A program made the position numbers and the translations under genes. Of a stretch of DNA of 64,000 bases, positions 40,402 to 49,613 are shown piece after piece. The notes beneath the pieces are model-generated. The model searched no databases. It saw nothing but the letters and a program-made list of their open reading frames with translations, and was not told the DNA's origin. The stretch is from positions 2,528,001-2,592,000 of the forward strand of contig OY761611.1 of the NCBI GenBank assembly GCA_963664875.1, given 5' to 3'. Origin of the DNA: Candidatus Kapaibacterium sp. (lineage in GTDB: Bacteria; Bacteroidota; Ignavibacteria; Kapaibacteriales; UBA2268). The stretch's first letter is position 1; each line of letters opens with the position of its first letter.

Positions 40402-40989
40402 TTATTTTAACATATTTTCTAACCATTCGGGAACTGCACGCTTCATCGAAGGCACTCGAGCGTACGGAGTAGAAGCCTGACTGGAAACCCTTCCGTGGGG
40501 CACTTCCCTGTGGCAATCCCAGCAGAGTTTGCCTTCGCCGTGCTTGTAGTTGTGCCCTGTAACGTTTGCAGCGGAAACAGGATTGACCTGATTGTAATGG
40601 CATCTCATGCAGTTATCCTGCACTACAGCCTTACCGGCTTCTTTGATTCTGATTACCTGAGGCTCTGTCCTTGTAGTAAATACATAAGCGTGCCTCATGC
40701 CGTCCTGTGCTTTAAACAGGTATGTGCGTAAAAGGTTGTCATGCGGAACATGGCAATCGTTGCAGGTGGTCCACTCTCTGTGGCTGCTGTGATTCCATGT
40801 AGCAAACTGCGGCACCATCACATGGCAGTTTACGCAGGTTTCCGGGTCGTCAGAAAGATACGAGGCTGCATTTGAGATGTAAAAAGTCCCAATAGCAAGC
40901 CCGACGATAACTCCTGTCAGCACAGTAGCTATCAGTCTCCAGCCCGGAGGAGGAATAAGCTTTCTGATGAGTGATTGATTATTCGCCAT
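40402..40989 (-). CDS. nrfH: Tetraheme quinol dehydrogenase NrfH (start probably MANNQ at 40989)
   Basis: SYLSDDPETCVNCHVM, CNDCH, CMRCH, CWDCHREVPHG; N-terminal TM. Confidence 0.96.
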   Translation of the reverse strand: MANNQSLIRKLIPPPGWRLIATVLTGVIVGLAIGTFYISNAASYLSDDPETCVNCHVMVPQFATWNHSSHREWTTCNDCHVPHDNLLRTYLFKAQDGMRHAYVFTTRTEPQVIRIKEAGKAVVQDNCMRCHYNQVNPVSAANVTGHNYKHGEGKLCWDCHREVPHGRVSSQASTPYARVPSMKRAVPEWLENMLK

Positions 40990-41313
40990 AGTATCTCTTG
41001 TAATTTGTGGATACATTATTTGATACATAATAAGAATAAAAAGTCTTAAATCAAAACAAAAATTTCAAAAAATATTACACTCCTCATATTTCTGTTTGGT
41101 AATACAAAGTTATTTCAATGATTAGATTTATTGCTCTAATAGAGGTATATCTTTAAGAGGTACAAATATTATTATAATATTTATAAAAATAACACTTTGG
41201 TATTTAATTATATTAGCGTAGGTTTATGCATAAGCGAAAATGGTGTATTGATGAACTAATGTCGCTTATATTCCATTATAAAACTTTATGTTGTTTAAAA
41301 AAAGAGAATTATC

Positions 41314-42159
41314 ATGAAATGGATTCTAACCGCAATGCTGCTCCTAAGTGCAGCCCCAATCTTTGCACAAGACTCTTTAGCATACGAAGAGTTGCCGGAA
41401 TGTTTTTTTGATCTCGATAGTATTTATATACTACGACTAACTGAATTAGAGAATAGCAATATACGTAAAATTGGAATAGATACATGTGGCAGTAGTGCAA
41501 TTATTGACTTGCCTTATTGGCCAATACCTGTAAATAAAAACTCAAGTATAAGACAATTAGAAGGTTATAGAAATCAGTTACTAAATAATTCAAAAATATA
41601 TAGTAATCAAATTATTGGACTTGCTTATGATGAGCATGGCAAGAGTATATTTAAAACTAATTACGCAACCAACGAGCTAAGACAAGTATCTATTGCAGAT
41701 ATAAAAGAAGAGTTTGTTGAAATAAAAGAAAGTTTCGGAATATTGAAATCTAAATTAGGAGAGTTCAACATATACATATATGGATTCAAATTAAGCTCTG
41801 AAAATGATTATATCCCACTTTCTTTTGCTTTAGTATTTGATCATTATACTTCTGTAGATTTTGCCTTAAAGGCTCTCGAAAAAGTATCAATATCATGTGA
41901 TGATGTTTGGTTTTATTCTCAACCAAATAGCGTTTTTGAAGAATTAGACTACAATATTGAAATTAATAATGGAGTTATTACTATTTCAAGCATATCACTA
42001 TTGACTAACATTCAGGTTTATAGCTTAAATGGAACCCTAGTAAAATCTATAGGTGATTTAAATGATAAAAGAGCTCTCATTAATATGAATGACTTAGTGC
42101 AAGGTGTTTACTTTGTGAGAATCAATAACCAAATTTATAAATATGTAGGTGTAAAATAA
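41314..42159 (+). CDS. T9SS CTD-bearing secreted protein, paralog A
   Basis: Signal peptide; VYSLNG.LV...INMNDLVQGVYFVRIN. Confidence 0.8.
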   Translation: MKWILTAMLLLSAAPIFAQDSLAYEELPECFFDLDSIYILRLTELENSNIRKIGIDTCGSSAIIDLPYWPIPVNKNSSIRQLEGYRNQLLNNSKIYSNQIIGLAYDEHGKSIFKTNYATNELRQVSIADIKEEFVEIKESFGILKSKLGEFNIYIYGFKLSSENDYIPLSFALVFDHYTSVDFALKALEKVSISCDDVWFYSQPNSVFEELDYNIEINNGVITISSISLLTNIQVYSLNGTLVKSIGDLNDKRALINMNDLVQGVYFVRINNQIYKYVGVK

Positions 42160-42346
42160 TATCATCACAACTAATTTAGTTAAAGGTGGAAAATATCATA
42201 TTTATGATTTAAATGGTAATCAGGTTCTTAGTGGCGCTCTAAAACAAGGTATTGCTAATAATATTGATATTAGTAGATTGAGGAACGGAGTTTACTTTTT
42301 CAAAACCGTAAATAATTTTGTTAAATTTATGAAGGTAGCTGAATAA
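42155..42346 (+). pseudogene. Orphan T9SS CTD fragment without a start codon (NNIITTNLVKGGKYHIYDLNGNQVLSG...IDISRLRNGVYFFK...KFMKVAE*)
   Basis: Manual translation; IYDLNG, IDIS.L..GVYF and KFMK motifs; upstream in-frame stop at 42152-42154. Confidence 0.75.
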
Positions 42347-42412
42347 TATCTTTATTTAGCCTTACATAGATACTAAATTATCCCATTTTTTATAAATTAA
42401 AGGATTAAAAAT

Positions 42413-43258
42413 ATGAAAATGATTTTAATGGGATTGCTACTCCTAAGTGCAGCTCCAATCTTTGCACAAGACTCTTTAGCATACGAAGAGTTGCCGGAAT
42501 GTTTTTTTGAGGTGGATAGTATGTTTGTGTTGCACGGAAAACCAAATAATATATTTGCCGGTAGAGTAGTGGGGATTGATACATGTGAAACCCTCGAGAT
42601 AATAGAAATGCCATTCTGGCCTTTGCCGGTCAATGCTCAAAACAACATAGCAAAATTGTCTGAATATCGGTCAAATTTGCTTGCAGCGGATAAGATATAT
42701 TCAAATCATATTTTATCATTACAGACTACGACTGAGTTGAAGAGTATATTTAAGGAACAAAATGATTTCAAAGATATTGATTCCGTAGGCATATCTGCAA
42801 TTAGAGATGACTTGCTTGAAACAAAAGTTCTTTTTGAGCAATTAAAAGACTCACTTGGGGATTTCAAAATTTACATAAACAATTATCAGCAAAATGTAAA
42901 TAATAAGTACGATGCTATAAGGTTCGATTTGGTATTTGATAACAAGGTGTCTATAAGATATGTACTTAATATGTTAGAACAAGTCGATATTCTAACTTTT
43001 GAACATTATTTTTATGCATCTCCAACGTCAGTAAAGTCTCCGGAGAATTTCAATATTACTACTGACTCCTACAAAATATATATATCTAATGCCCAAGAAC
43101 CACTTCACATTCAAATATATGATTTGAGTGGCAATATCATCAAATCATTCGGCAAAATTACAGATAAAGAATATACAATTGATATGGACGAATTCAATCA
43201 AGGGGTTTATTTTGTCAAGATAAACAATCAAATAGTCAAATACATTGGCGTAAGATAG
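42413..43258 (+). CDS. T9SS CTD-bearing secreted protein, paralog B
   Basis: Same length (281 aa) and N-terminus as paralog A; IYDLSG...GVYFVKIN. Confidence 0.8.
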   Translation: MKMILMGLLLLSAAPIFAQDSLAYEELPECFFEVDSMFVLHGKPNNIFAGRVVGIDTCETLEIIEMPFWPLPVNAQNNIAKLSEYRSNLLAADKIYSNHILSLQTTTELKSIFKEQNDFKDIDSVGISAIRDDLLETKVLFEQLKDSLGDFKIYINNYQQNVNNKYDAIRFDLVFDNKVSIRYVLNMLEQVDILTFEHYFYASPTSVKSPENFNITTDSYKIYISNAQEPLHIQIYDLSGNIIKSFGKITDKEYTIDMDEFNQGVYFVKINNQIVKYIGVR

Positions 43259-43361
43259 CAAATGAACTTGTACCGAGAATACTCGCGGTTTTGAAATACC
43301 AAAACAAGGAATCATATCTTTAAATTCAAAAAAATAATGATTCCTGCTTTTTTAAGTAGTT

Positions 43362-44171
43362 CTATTTCTTTTTGAGAATGTAGGATGCTTCGAGACTGAA
43401 AAAGCTCTTTACCAATGGGATGGCAGAGATTGGAGTAATCTTTAGTGATGGCAGACCGAACTTCATTTTGAATACAGGCCTCAAAAGGTAGAAGTCTGAT
43501 TTGACAATATCATAGCCTGCCTCCTTAGCTGCCTTTTCGAATTTCGCGGGAGTAAGCCGAATTGTTTGTAAACGTTTTACTTCGCCAATATCATTAGCCC
43601 TGCCGGAAGAAATCAGGCGATGGAAAATAAAATCCGGAAGTAAATGAATATATGGCAGTTTCCCCCAAGTATTTGCCACAGTGTGCTGATGCCCACCAAA
43701 TGGAGAGTGATAAGGCGGAAAGGTAACATATAAATAAGAACCTTGTTTGATTAGATTACTTATGTTTTTTAAAGCCAATTTTGTGTCATCCAAATGCTCA
43801 ATAACATCTCGTAGCAGTACTAAATCGTATTTATTGAGTTTATCAGCAGCAATGCTTTCAGTTATTATATTATGGTTTTGAAATTCTATTTCTACACTGC
43901 TAATCTCTTTGATGTAATTGCCTATGTCAAGCCTGAATTGAACTATATCGGATCCATAGGCCTCTTTCGCACCTGCCTCGACAAACGCAGCGAGGACTCC
44001 GCCCTCTGCAGCTCCGATTTCTGCAACTTTGTTACCTGCTTCGAATACCTTATTAGCTTTGAGATATGGCACCAGCACTTGATTGCCCAAATCAAACTGG
44101 TAGCCCCAGTAGTATTTGTCGTTATCTGATAAGTTACTTTTAGACACTATATTTTTGATAGATTTTTCCAT
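43362..44171 (-). CDS. Class I SAM-dependent methyltransferase
   Basis: AEIGAAEGG, YDLVLLRDVIEHL, FPPYHSPFGGH. Confidence 0.88.
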   Translation of the reverse strand: MEKSIKNIVSKSNLSDNDKYYWGYQFDLGNQVLVPYLKANKVFEAGNKVAEIGAAEGGVLAAFVEAGAKEAYGSDIVQFRLDIGNYIKEISSVEIEFQNHNIITESIAADKLNKYDLVLLRDVIEHLDDTKLALKNISNLIKQGSYLYVTFPPYHSPFGGHQHTVANTWGKLPYIHLLPDFIFHRLISSGRANDIGEVKRLQTIRLTPAKFEKAAKEAGYDIVKSDFYLLRPVFKMKFGLPSLKITPISAIPLVKSFFSLEASYILKKK

Positions 44172-44388
44172 TTCACTTTAAATGTTTTGTTTAGCCTAAA
44201 TCATTATGCAATATACGAAAAGGTCTCGAATTTATTCCTTTCAGATATATTTCTTTGGAGTCAAAAAAAAAGATAAACCTATACCTATGGTGTCAGAGCT
44301 CTAAAAAACACTTTTAACTTCCTTTATTATCTAATAAAACAAATAAAAATCGTAAATGTAAGAAAAACTTACATTTTGAATCATTGAA

Positions 44389-44635
44389 GAGTCTGTCTCA
44401 AAAGTAGTCTTTTTGCATTGTAAATCTGTAAATACTGTAATTTATAAAATAAGCAAACTTATGTTTGCCGACGGTTATACTTCCACAAGCTCAGTAACCT
44501 TTATCAATTGAAAAGAATTACATCAGTGCAACCGCACAAGGTCACTGAGCGAGCAAAACGAGTCTAAGTGTAGCTTGCGGCAAAACTCGCTAAATTTAAG
44601 AATACAGTGCAATTTTTGGCTTAAGAGACAGCCTC
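44389..44635. mobile_element. MITE-like non-coding element with terminal inverted repeats and an internal REP-like pair
   Basis: GAGTCTGTCTC(AAAAG) ... (CTTAA)GAGACAGCCTC ends; nested TTGCATTGTA/TACAGTGCAA, TTTGCCG/CGGCAAA, GCTCAGTAACC/GGTCACTGAGC. Confidence 0.6.
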
Positions 44636-44840
44636 CCATGAGTCAAGATAAATACTGATTGTTGTTTTTTTTATTACAGGAATAAACTAATACTTCCTGC
44701 GATGTTTCTTGCATTGTTAGCCGAAAATTAGTGGTTGCTTAGCTTATCTTTGGCTTGTAACTTTATTCAGTCATAGGAGTATTATAAGTAAAGAGGTTAT
44801 TGTAGGTAAAAATAATGGAAACAACTATGGCTTTGCTACT

Positions 44841-45053
44841 ATGTTAAATGCAAACTTACCAATATGGTGCTTTATGGAAAAGATAGAACAAATGATTAGC
44901 AACTGTATGCACGATAAGGATATTGACAAAGATTATCTTTTAGCAAGATTCTGGTTGATTATCAGTTCGGATGGTAACATAGACAGTTTAGAACAAGAAT
45001 ATTATGATAAGTTATGTTGTTATTTGAAAGACAATATATCTCGTGTAAGTTGA
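44841..45053 (+). CDS. Short hypothetical ORF or gene remnant, weak TerB-like motif
   Basis: SDGNIDSLEQEYYDKL resembles the TerB xDGxIxxxE pattern; short, no clear RBS. Confidence 0.3.
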   Translation: MLNANLPIWCFMEKIEQMISNCMHDKDIDKDYLLARFWLIISSDGNIDSLEQEYYDKLCCYLKDNISRVS

Positions 45054-45134
45054 TTGTATTTTAATAACGCAGGGGTGCTATGCTCAGGAAGGCTCATGAA
45101 AAAATGTGGCGAGAAATACTGCTCGTTAAATATC

Positions 45135-45188
45135 ATAGATTTAGAGACTTCCGAATAAAAAACAGATTCGCTTAGTCTCTAAATCTAT
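45135..45188. terminator. Hairpin downstream of the pentaheme cytochrome gene
   Basis: ATAGATTTAGAGACT..AGTCTCTAAATCTAT 15-bp stem. Confidence 0.65.
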
Positions 45189-45210
45189 ATTGAAATACTG
45201 TAAATTGTTG

Positions 45211-47025
45211 CTATTTGATAAATTTATAACTTCTACTTGTCATATCTTCACTAATCCGAACAAAGAAAACGTTGCTTTCTTCCAGATTGTCCATAGAGAA
45301 AAAGTTTTCTCCCGGATATACTATTGTGCTTTTCTGATAAACTATCCGACCTGATAAATCTGAAATGGCAATATCGATTTTAGAAGATTTGTCAGTTCTA
45401 AATACTAACTTATCGTCATTGTAGTAAATTTTTGTATTTTGCTCAGCACTTCCAACGCTGCTTTTGCTTATAGTTAGAGTTTGCTCTGACATAGTTATAG
45501 GTACGTTCGGATGTGATTGATGTAGAGCCGTAAAGTCTGTAACTTCAGTTGTATTTGTCCCTTTCAGATAGTCAGCTAATCCCGGCTTCACTGTTTGGTA
45601 AAGCAGATTGGCTTTAACTGTATAAGTTCCGTTTGGCAAAGCGGGTAGTTGATAAAATACCAAATCCTTACCGCCAACTCCAAAATTCGCATCATTAAGT
45701 GCGTTACCATAAACGGCACAAGTATCGTAACTTGGACTTGTTTTGTCAAATCCTTTTGGAGGGATTCTGTTGTCTTTTACAAAGTGTGAGGCTTTAAGTA
45801 GAGCAAATGTGGGGTTCCCTTTGACATCTGCCGGTGTAGCTTCCCAAATTTGTATTTGACTATCAGAATAAATAGTATCACTATGTAAAAAAGTTTCATT
45901 TGGGTTAGCTAAAATTCTACCTTCAGAATCAGGAGTACCTGATTCGTAAACTATATTGCCGACTTGGTCACTTATTATCAGCTGCAGCCACATTCTTCGG
46001 AAAGGTATTCCTGTAGGCAATTTGTGTCCGGTAAGGTTCGTAACTTCAACTTTCAAATAATTTCCTTCGTGAGTTACAGCTAAAGCTACTGCTTTTGTCA
46101 AATTTGATTTGGATTCCAGGATAGTTTTGTCAAATTGAGCAGAATTTGCAGACATGCTGCCGCCATTAGTTTCCATGCTTTTCAAAATTCCAAGCATATA
46201 GGCATTGCCACCAACAAAATCATGTTTCCAAAAAGGGGCTCTCAATGTATTGTGCCAAGCAGGAGTAGTTGCAATGTCAATACCGGCATCAATTTTTGGC
46301 ATATGACATTCCTGGCAACTTTTACCTTCTTCCGGATAAGAACTAATTTTCCATTCTATATAAGGAGTCTGCTCAGGAAAAGTACCGCCAACGTTGTTGT
46401 TTTCATCAAAGTAAGGAGCAAACAGTGTGTGACAAGTGGCACATAGTTCCGAGTGTGCCATAGCTGCCCTATATTCGGGTGTGTAGTTAACATTATTTTG
46501 CATAGGTGTAGTAAGAGGGGATTGATATGGTCCGAAAATCTTTCTACTATTGTCTATTAAGTAGTTGCCTGAATAGGAGTCCGCAGATTCATTCTGAGAG
46601 TTCTGAATCTGATGACATACGGTGCAGCTTACACCATCCTGTGCCAATTGATTTTGGTAAAGGTCTGAGAGCATAAAACTACCCGAACCATTTTCTTTAG
46701 CTTGCCTATTGCCCATAGGTGCGTGACACCTTGTGCATGTGGATTCTATAATATCTGCATATTCAGGATGAGCGTGAGACTCCTCTGAGACTACTGCGCG
46801 CCAAAGAGGATCTTTGGCAGAATGAGCCATCATTGTACTTCGCCATAAAGTAACAGGTGAAACATCAGCTCCCTCAAATGTTAGAGCGACTCCATCCGAA
46901 GTGTGGCAAGCTTCGCAGTTTCCAGAACCGCTAAAAAGTGAGCTGGTTTGTGTGTTGAGAACGCTTAGAGCATATAGTGAAATAGCGCCGGCAACGATAA
47001 TCAATAAAATCATAGCCTTTTTCAT
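45211..47025 (-). CDS. Pentaheme c-type cytochrome with a C-terminal T9SS-like sorting domain (start MKKAM at 47025)
   Basis: CEACH, CTRCH, CTVCH, CATCH, CQECH; signal peptide; tail ISDLSGRIV...VFFVRI...SYKFIK; GGAGG RBS. Confidence 0.85.
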   Translation of the reverse strand: MKKAMILLIIVAGAISLYALSVLNTQTSSLFSGSGNCEACHTSDGVALTFEGADVSPVTLWRSTMMAHSAKDPLWRAVVSEESHAHPEYADIIESTCTRCHAPMGNRQAKENGSGSFMLSDLYQNQLAQDGVSCTVCHQIQNSQNESADSYSGNYLIDNSRKIFGPYQSPLTTPMQNNVNYTPEYRAAMAHSELCATCHTLFAPYFDENNNVGGTFPEQTPYIEWKISSYPEEGKSCQECHMPKIDAGIDIATTPAWHNTLRAPFWKHDFVGGNAYMLGILKSMETNGGSMSANSAQFDKTILESKSNLTKAVALAVTHEGNYLKVEVTNLTGHKLPTGIPFRRMWLQLIISDQVGNIVYESGTPDSEGRILANPNETFLHSDTIYSDSQIQIWEATPADVKGNPTFALLKASHFVKDNRIPPKGFDKTSPSYDTCAVYGNALNDANFGVGGKDLVFYQLPALPNGTYTVKANLLYQTVKPGLADYLKGTNTTEVTDFTALHQSHPNVPITMSEQTLTISKSSVGSAEQNTKIYYNDDKLVFRTDKSSKIDIAISDLSGRIVYQKSTIVYPGENFFSMDNLEESNVFFVRISEDMTSRSYKFIK

Positions 47026-47374
47026 AACAACCTCCAATAGTGCTTTTAAGTAATATACCCACTAAATTCAAAAAAGTAAAACGGCTAAAAGCTATTAGGC
47101 AAGTAATGTAATCATTATGTGATTGTAAATTTACTGTTCCGGCTTTTTGTAGATTGCTGGGAGGGAATGTTATTTTGATATGCCTGAAATATTGGAAAAT
47201 ATTAGGATTATTTACTTCTTTGAGTCTTTCTAAGAGTTTTGCATCACCTAATCAATGAAGAGAAGAAAATGTAAAAAAGTTTGAAAAAAGTTGATTTTTT
47301 TCTCGAAAGAACTTTATACCTATTCTCACGTATTAGAGAAAAAGTCGAAATTAAGTATCATAGAAAGTCAGATT

Positions 47375-48484
47375 ATGCTAAACACTCCTTATCAATTAGA
47401 ATATAAAAGTGGTAACTTTTACGAAAGACTTGATATATGTTGCGACATAATAGAAAGGAAAGCAGCAGATTTATTGGCAGATATATATGTAACTTTTGGT
47501 GCTGTAACTGTCTCCGATAAGTTAGATCTGTGTTTGGATTTTACTATTTTGGGTACTTTTTGGAAAAATTATAATCTATATGTGTCTGTGCCATTGCTTA
47601 ATTCAAAGCGCTCCATTCTAAAAGTACTTTACCGTATGCGATACGCTTCCGAAAGTGCAAAGCCGATATTCGATAATATACGTGGAGTTGCAGCTGCGAA
47701 ATTGCTTTTAGATTATGCAAAAACACAGAATGCAATCTTTGGCATTGAAGGACTTATACGTCTAATTGCTTTTCTTGATGCAACGAATGAATTTGAAGAA
47801 GAAACGGTTCGGATGGCTGCTCTCTGTGATAGGCTCGCATTGTTAGACGAGACGGAAAGAGCTCTTGTACTAAGTAAAATATCTGAACTTACAGGATTCT
47901 TTATTTCGATAAGCAACACGATGCTATCTGAATTTACTGATAATGTGAGAACTTTTTTGGAACATCATCGCGATAAATACATTAATAAAGAAAACTATTT
48001 CTTCACAGGTAGGCAGGAATCAGAATACCATCTCAATATGGTAGGTGCCGCTTTGATGAATAGGTCGCTAAGGCCTAAGTTTGACGATACAAATGAAAAA
48101 GTGGTAATACTGCCCACTTGTATGACTGATACGGCTAATTGCAATGCTAAAAAAGAAGGCGATGATTTAGTATGCACCCGATGCAACAAATCCTGCAACG
48201 TGATGCAAGTTATGGATAAAAGTCGAATTCTGAATTGCAAAATAGTCCTTATTAGACATTCTTCTAACTTTTCAAAATGGTTAGAGCCTTGGGCGAATCA
48301 ATCACACACGGGTGTTGTTGGAGTAGCCTGCGTTTTAAACCTTCTGAAAGGCGGATTCGAAATGAAAAGACTTGGCATCCCTTCACAGTGTGTTTTCCTC
48401 AATTTTGCCGGATGTAAAAAACACTGGAAAATTGGAGTCCCTACAGAAATCAATCTGCACCGATTAGCTGAAGTAGTGAGATAA
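47375..48484 (+). CDS. DUF116-like Cys-rich protein
   Basis: VILPTCM..C...CTRCNKSC, VGVAC, GC..HW; start uncertain (ORF track gives 47291). Confidence 0.7.
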   Translation: MLNTPYQLEYKSGNFYERLDICCDIIERKAADLLADIYVTFGAVTVSDKLDLCLDFTILGTFWKNYNLYVSVPLLNSKRSILKVLYRMRYASESAKPIFDNIRGVAAAKLLLDYAKTQNAIFGIEGLIRLIAFLDATNEFEEETVRMAALCDRLALLDETERALVLSKISELTGFFISISNTMLSEFTDNVRTFLEHHRDKYINKENYFFTGRQESEYHLNMVGAALMNRSLRPKFDDTNEKVVILPTCMTDTANCNAKKEGDDLVCTRCNKSCNVMQVMDKSRILNCKIVLIRHSSNFSKWLEPWANQSHTGVVGVACVLNLLKGGFEMKRLGIPSQCVFLNFAGCKKHWKIGVPTEINLHRLAEVVR

Positions 48485-48535
48485 TTTCTCTCTTTTTTGT
48501 TATTTTAGCAAAGTATCTTTAATTTCGGGAATCGA

Positions 48536-49333
48536 ATGAAATACTTTGCTATATTACTGCTGTTTTTTACAAATTGCCAGCTGCTTCGAAGCCAATCTTA
48601 TGTTGGTAGAGTGGCAGACAGCTTTGTTGACGACCTAAAGAGCTTTGGCACTGACTACTATCGGACAGGTTCCATAATATACGAAGAGTACGATGAGGTC
48701 TTGCTGGCAGTGGGTGTTGCTTCCGCAGCAACATATCTATTCTCTTTAGGAGATGAAACTCTAAGAAATGAAGTCATTAAAACTACTCCAGATTTCGATA
48801 AAGTCAAGTTTTTTAATGAATTGGGCAACGTAAAAACAATGGGGATGGTATCAGGCATTGTCTATGGTATCGGTTTGTTTTCGGAAGATAGCAAAATCAG
48901 AGAAACCGGAAGGTTACTTGTAGAATCCTTAGTTTGGAGCGGTAGTCTCAACATGCTGCTTCGGCATTCTTTTGGTAGATACAGACCTTACAATGAGAGA
49001 GGCAATGGGCTTTTTTCTTTTTGGCAAACACATAATGATTTCCAGTCTTTTCCTTCGGGGCACACTACTGTGGCATTTTCAATGGCGACTGTGCTATCCT
49101 TTCAGATTGACCGCTGGTGGGCGTATCCTTTGTTTTATGGACTCGCAGGTTGTACAGGTGCGACAAGAATTTATTTAGATCAACATTGGTTGTCAGATGT
49201 ACTTTTCGGAGCTGCACTTGGATATGCGGGAGGCAGATTATTGCTTCGTGCAAATAAGAACAAAGATAAAGAAAAGACTTACAGTTTGAGTCTTAGCCCA
49301 GGCGGCTTGTCATTTGTGTATTATTTATACTAA
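48536..49333 (+). CDS. PAP2-family phosphatase
   Basis: GRYRP, SFPSGHT, TRIYLDQHWLSDV. Confidence 0.92.
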   Translation: MKYFAILLLFFTNCQLLRSQSYVGRVADSFVDDLKSFGTDYYRTGSIIYEEYDEVLLAVGVASAATYLFSLGDETLRNEVIKTTPDFDKVKFFNELGNVKTMGMVSGIVYGIGLFSEDSKIRETGRLLVESLVWSGSLNMLLRHSFGRYRPYNERGNGLFSFWQTHNDFQSFPSGHTTVAFSMATVLSFQIDRWWAYPLFYGLAGCTGATRIYLDQHWLSDVLFGAALGYAGGRLLLRANKNKDKEKTYSLSLSPGGLSFVYYLY

Positions 49334-49613
49334 AATATCTTGAGAAGCAATCTCTAATTAAGTTGCTTATGAGGCTGAAATCTATAGCCACCTTAGATAA
49401 AAGTATTAATACTTATTGTGGTGCATATATTTTTTGGTATATTGCACAAAATAATGGTAAAAAACTCATTGTGTTAATTCATATTAGCATATTTGTATCT
49501 CTATGCCTTAATTGTTGTAAGTTGAAATAAAGGCTAAATATTTTGAGTAATTATCGTATTTTTGTAGTAAGGAATAAACAATTTAGACAAAACACCAAAC
49601 GAATAGAATATCC

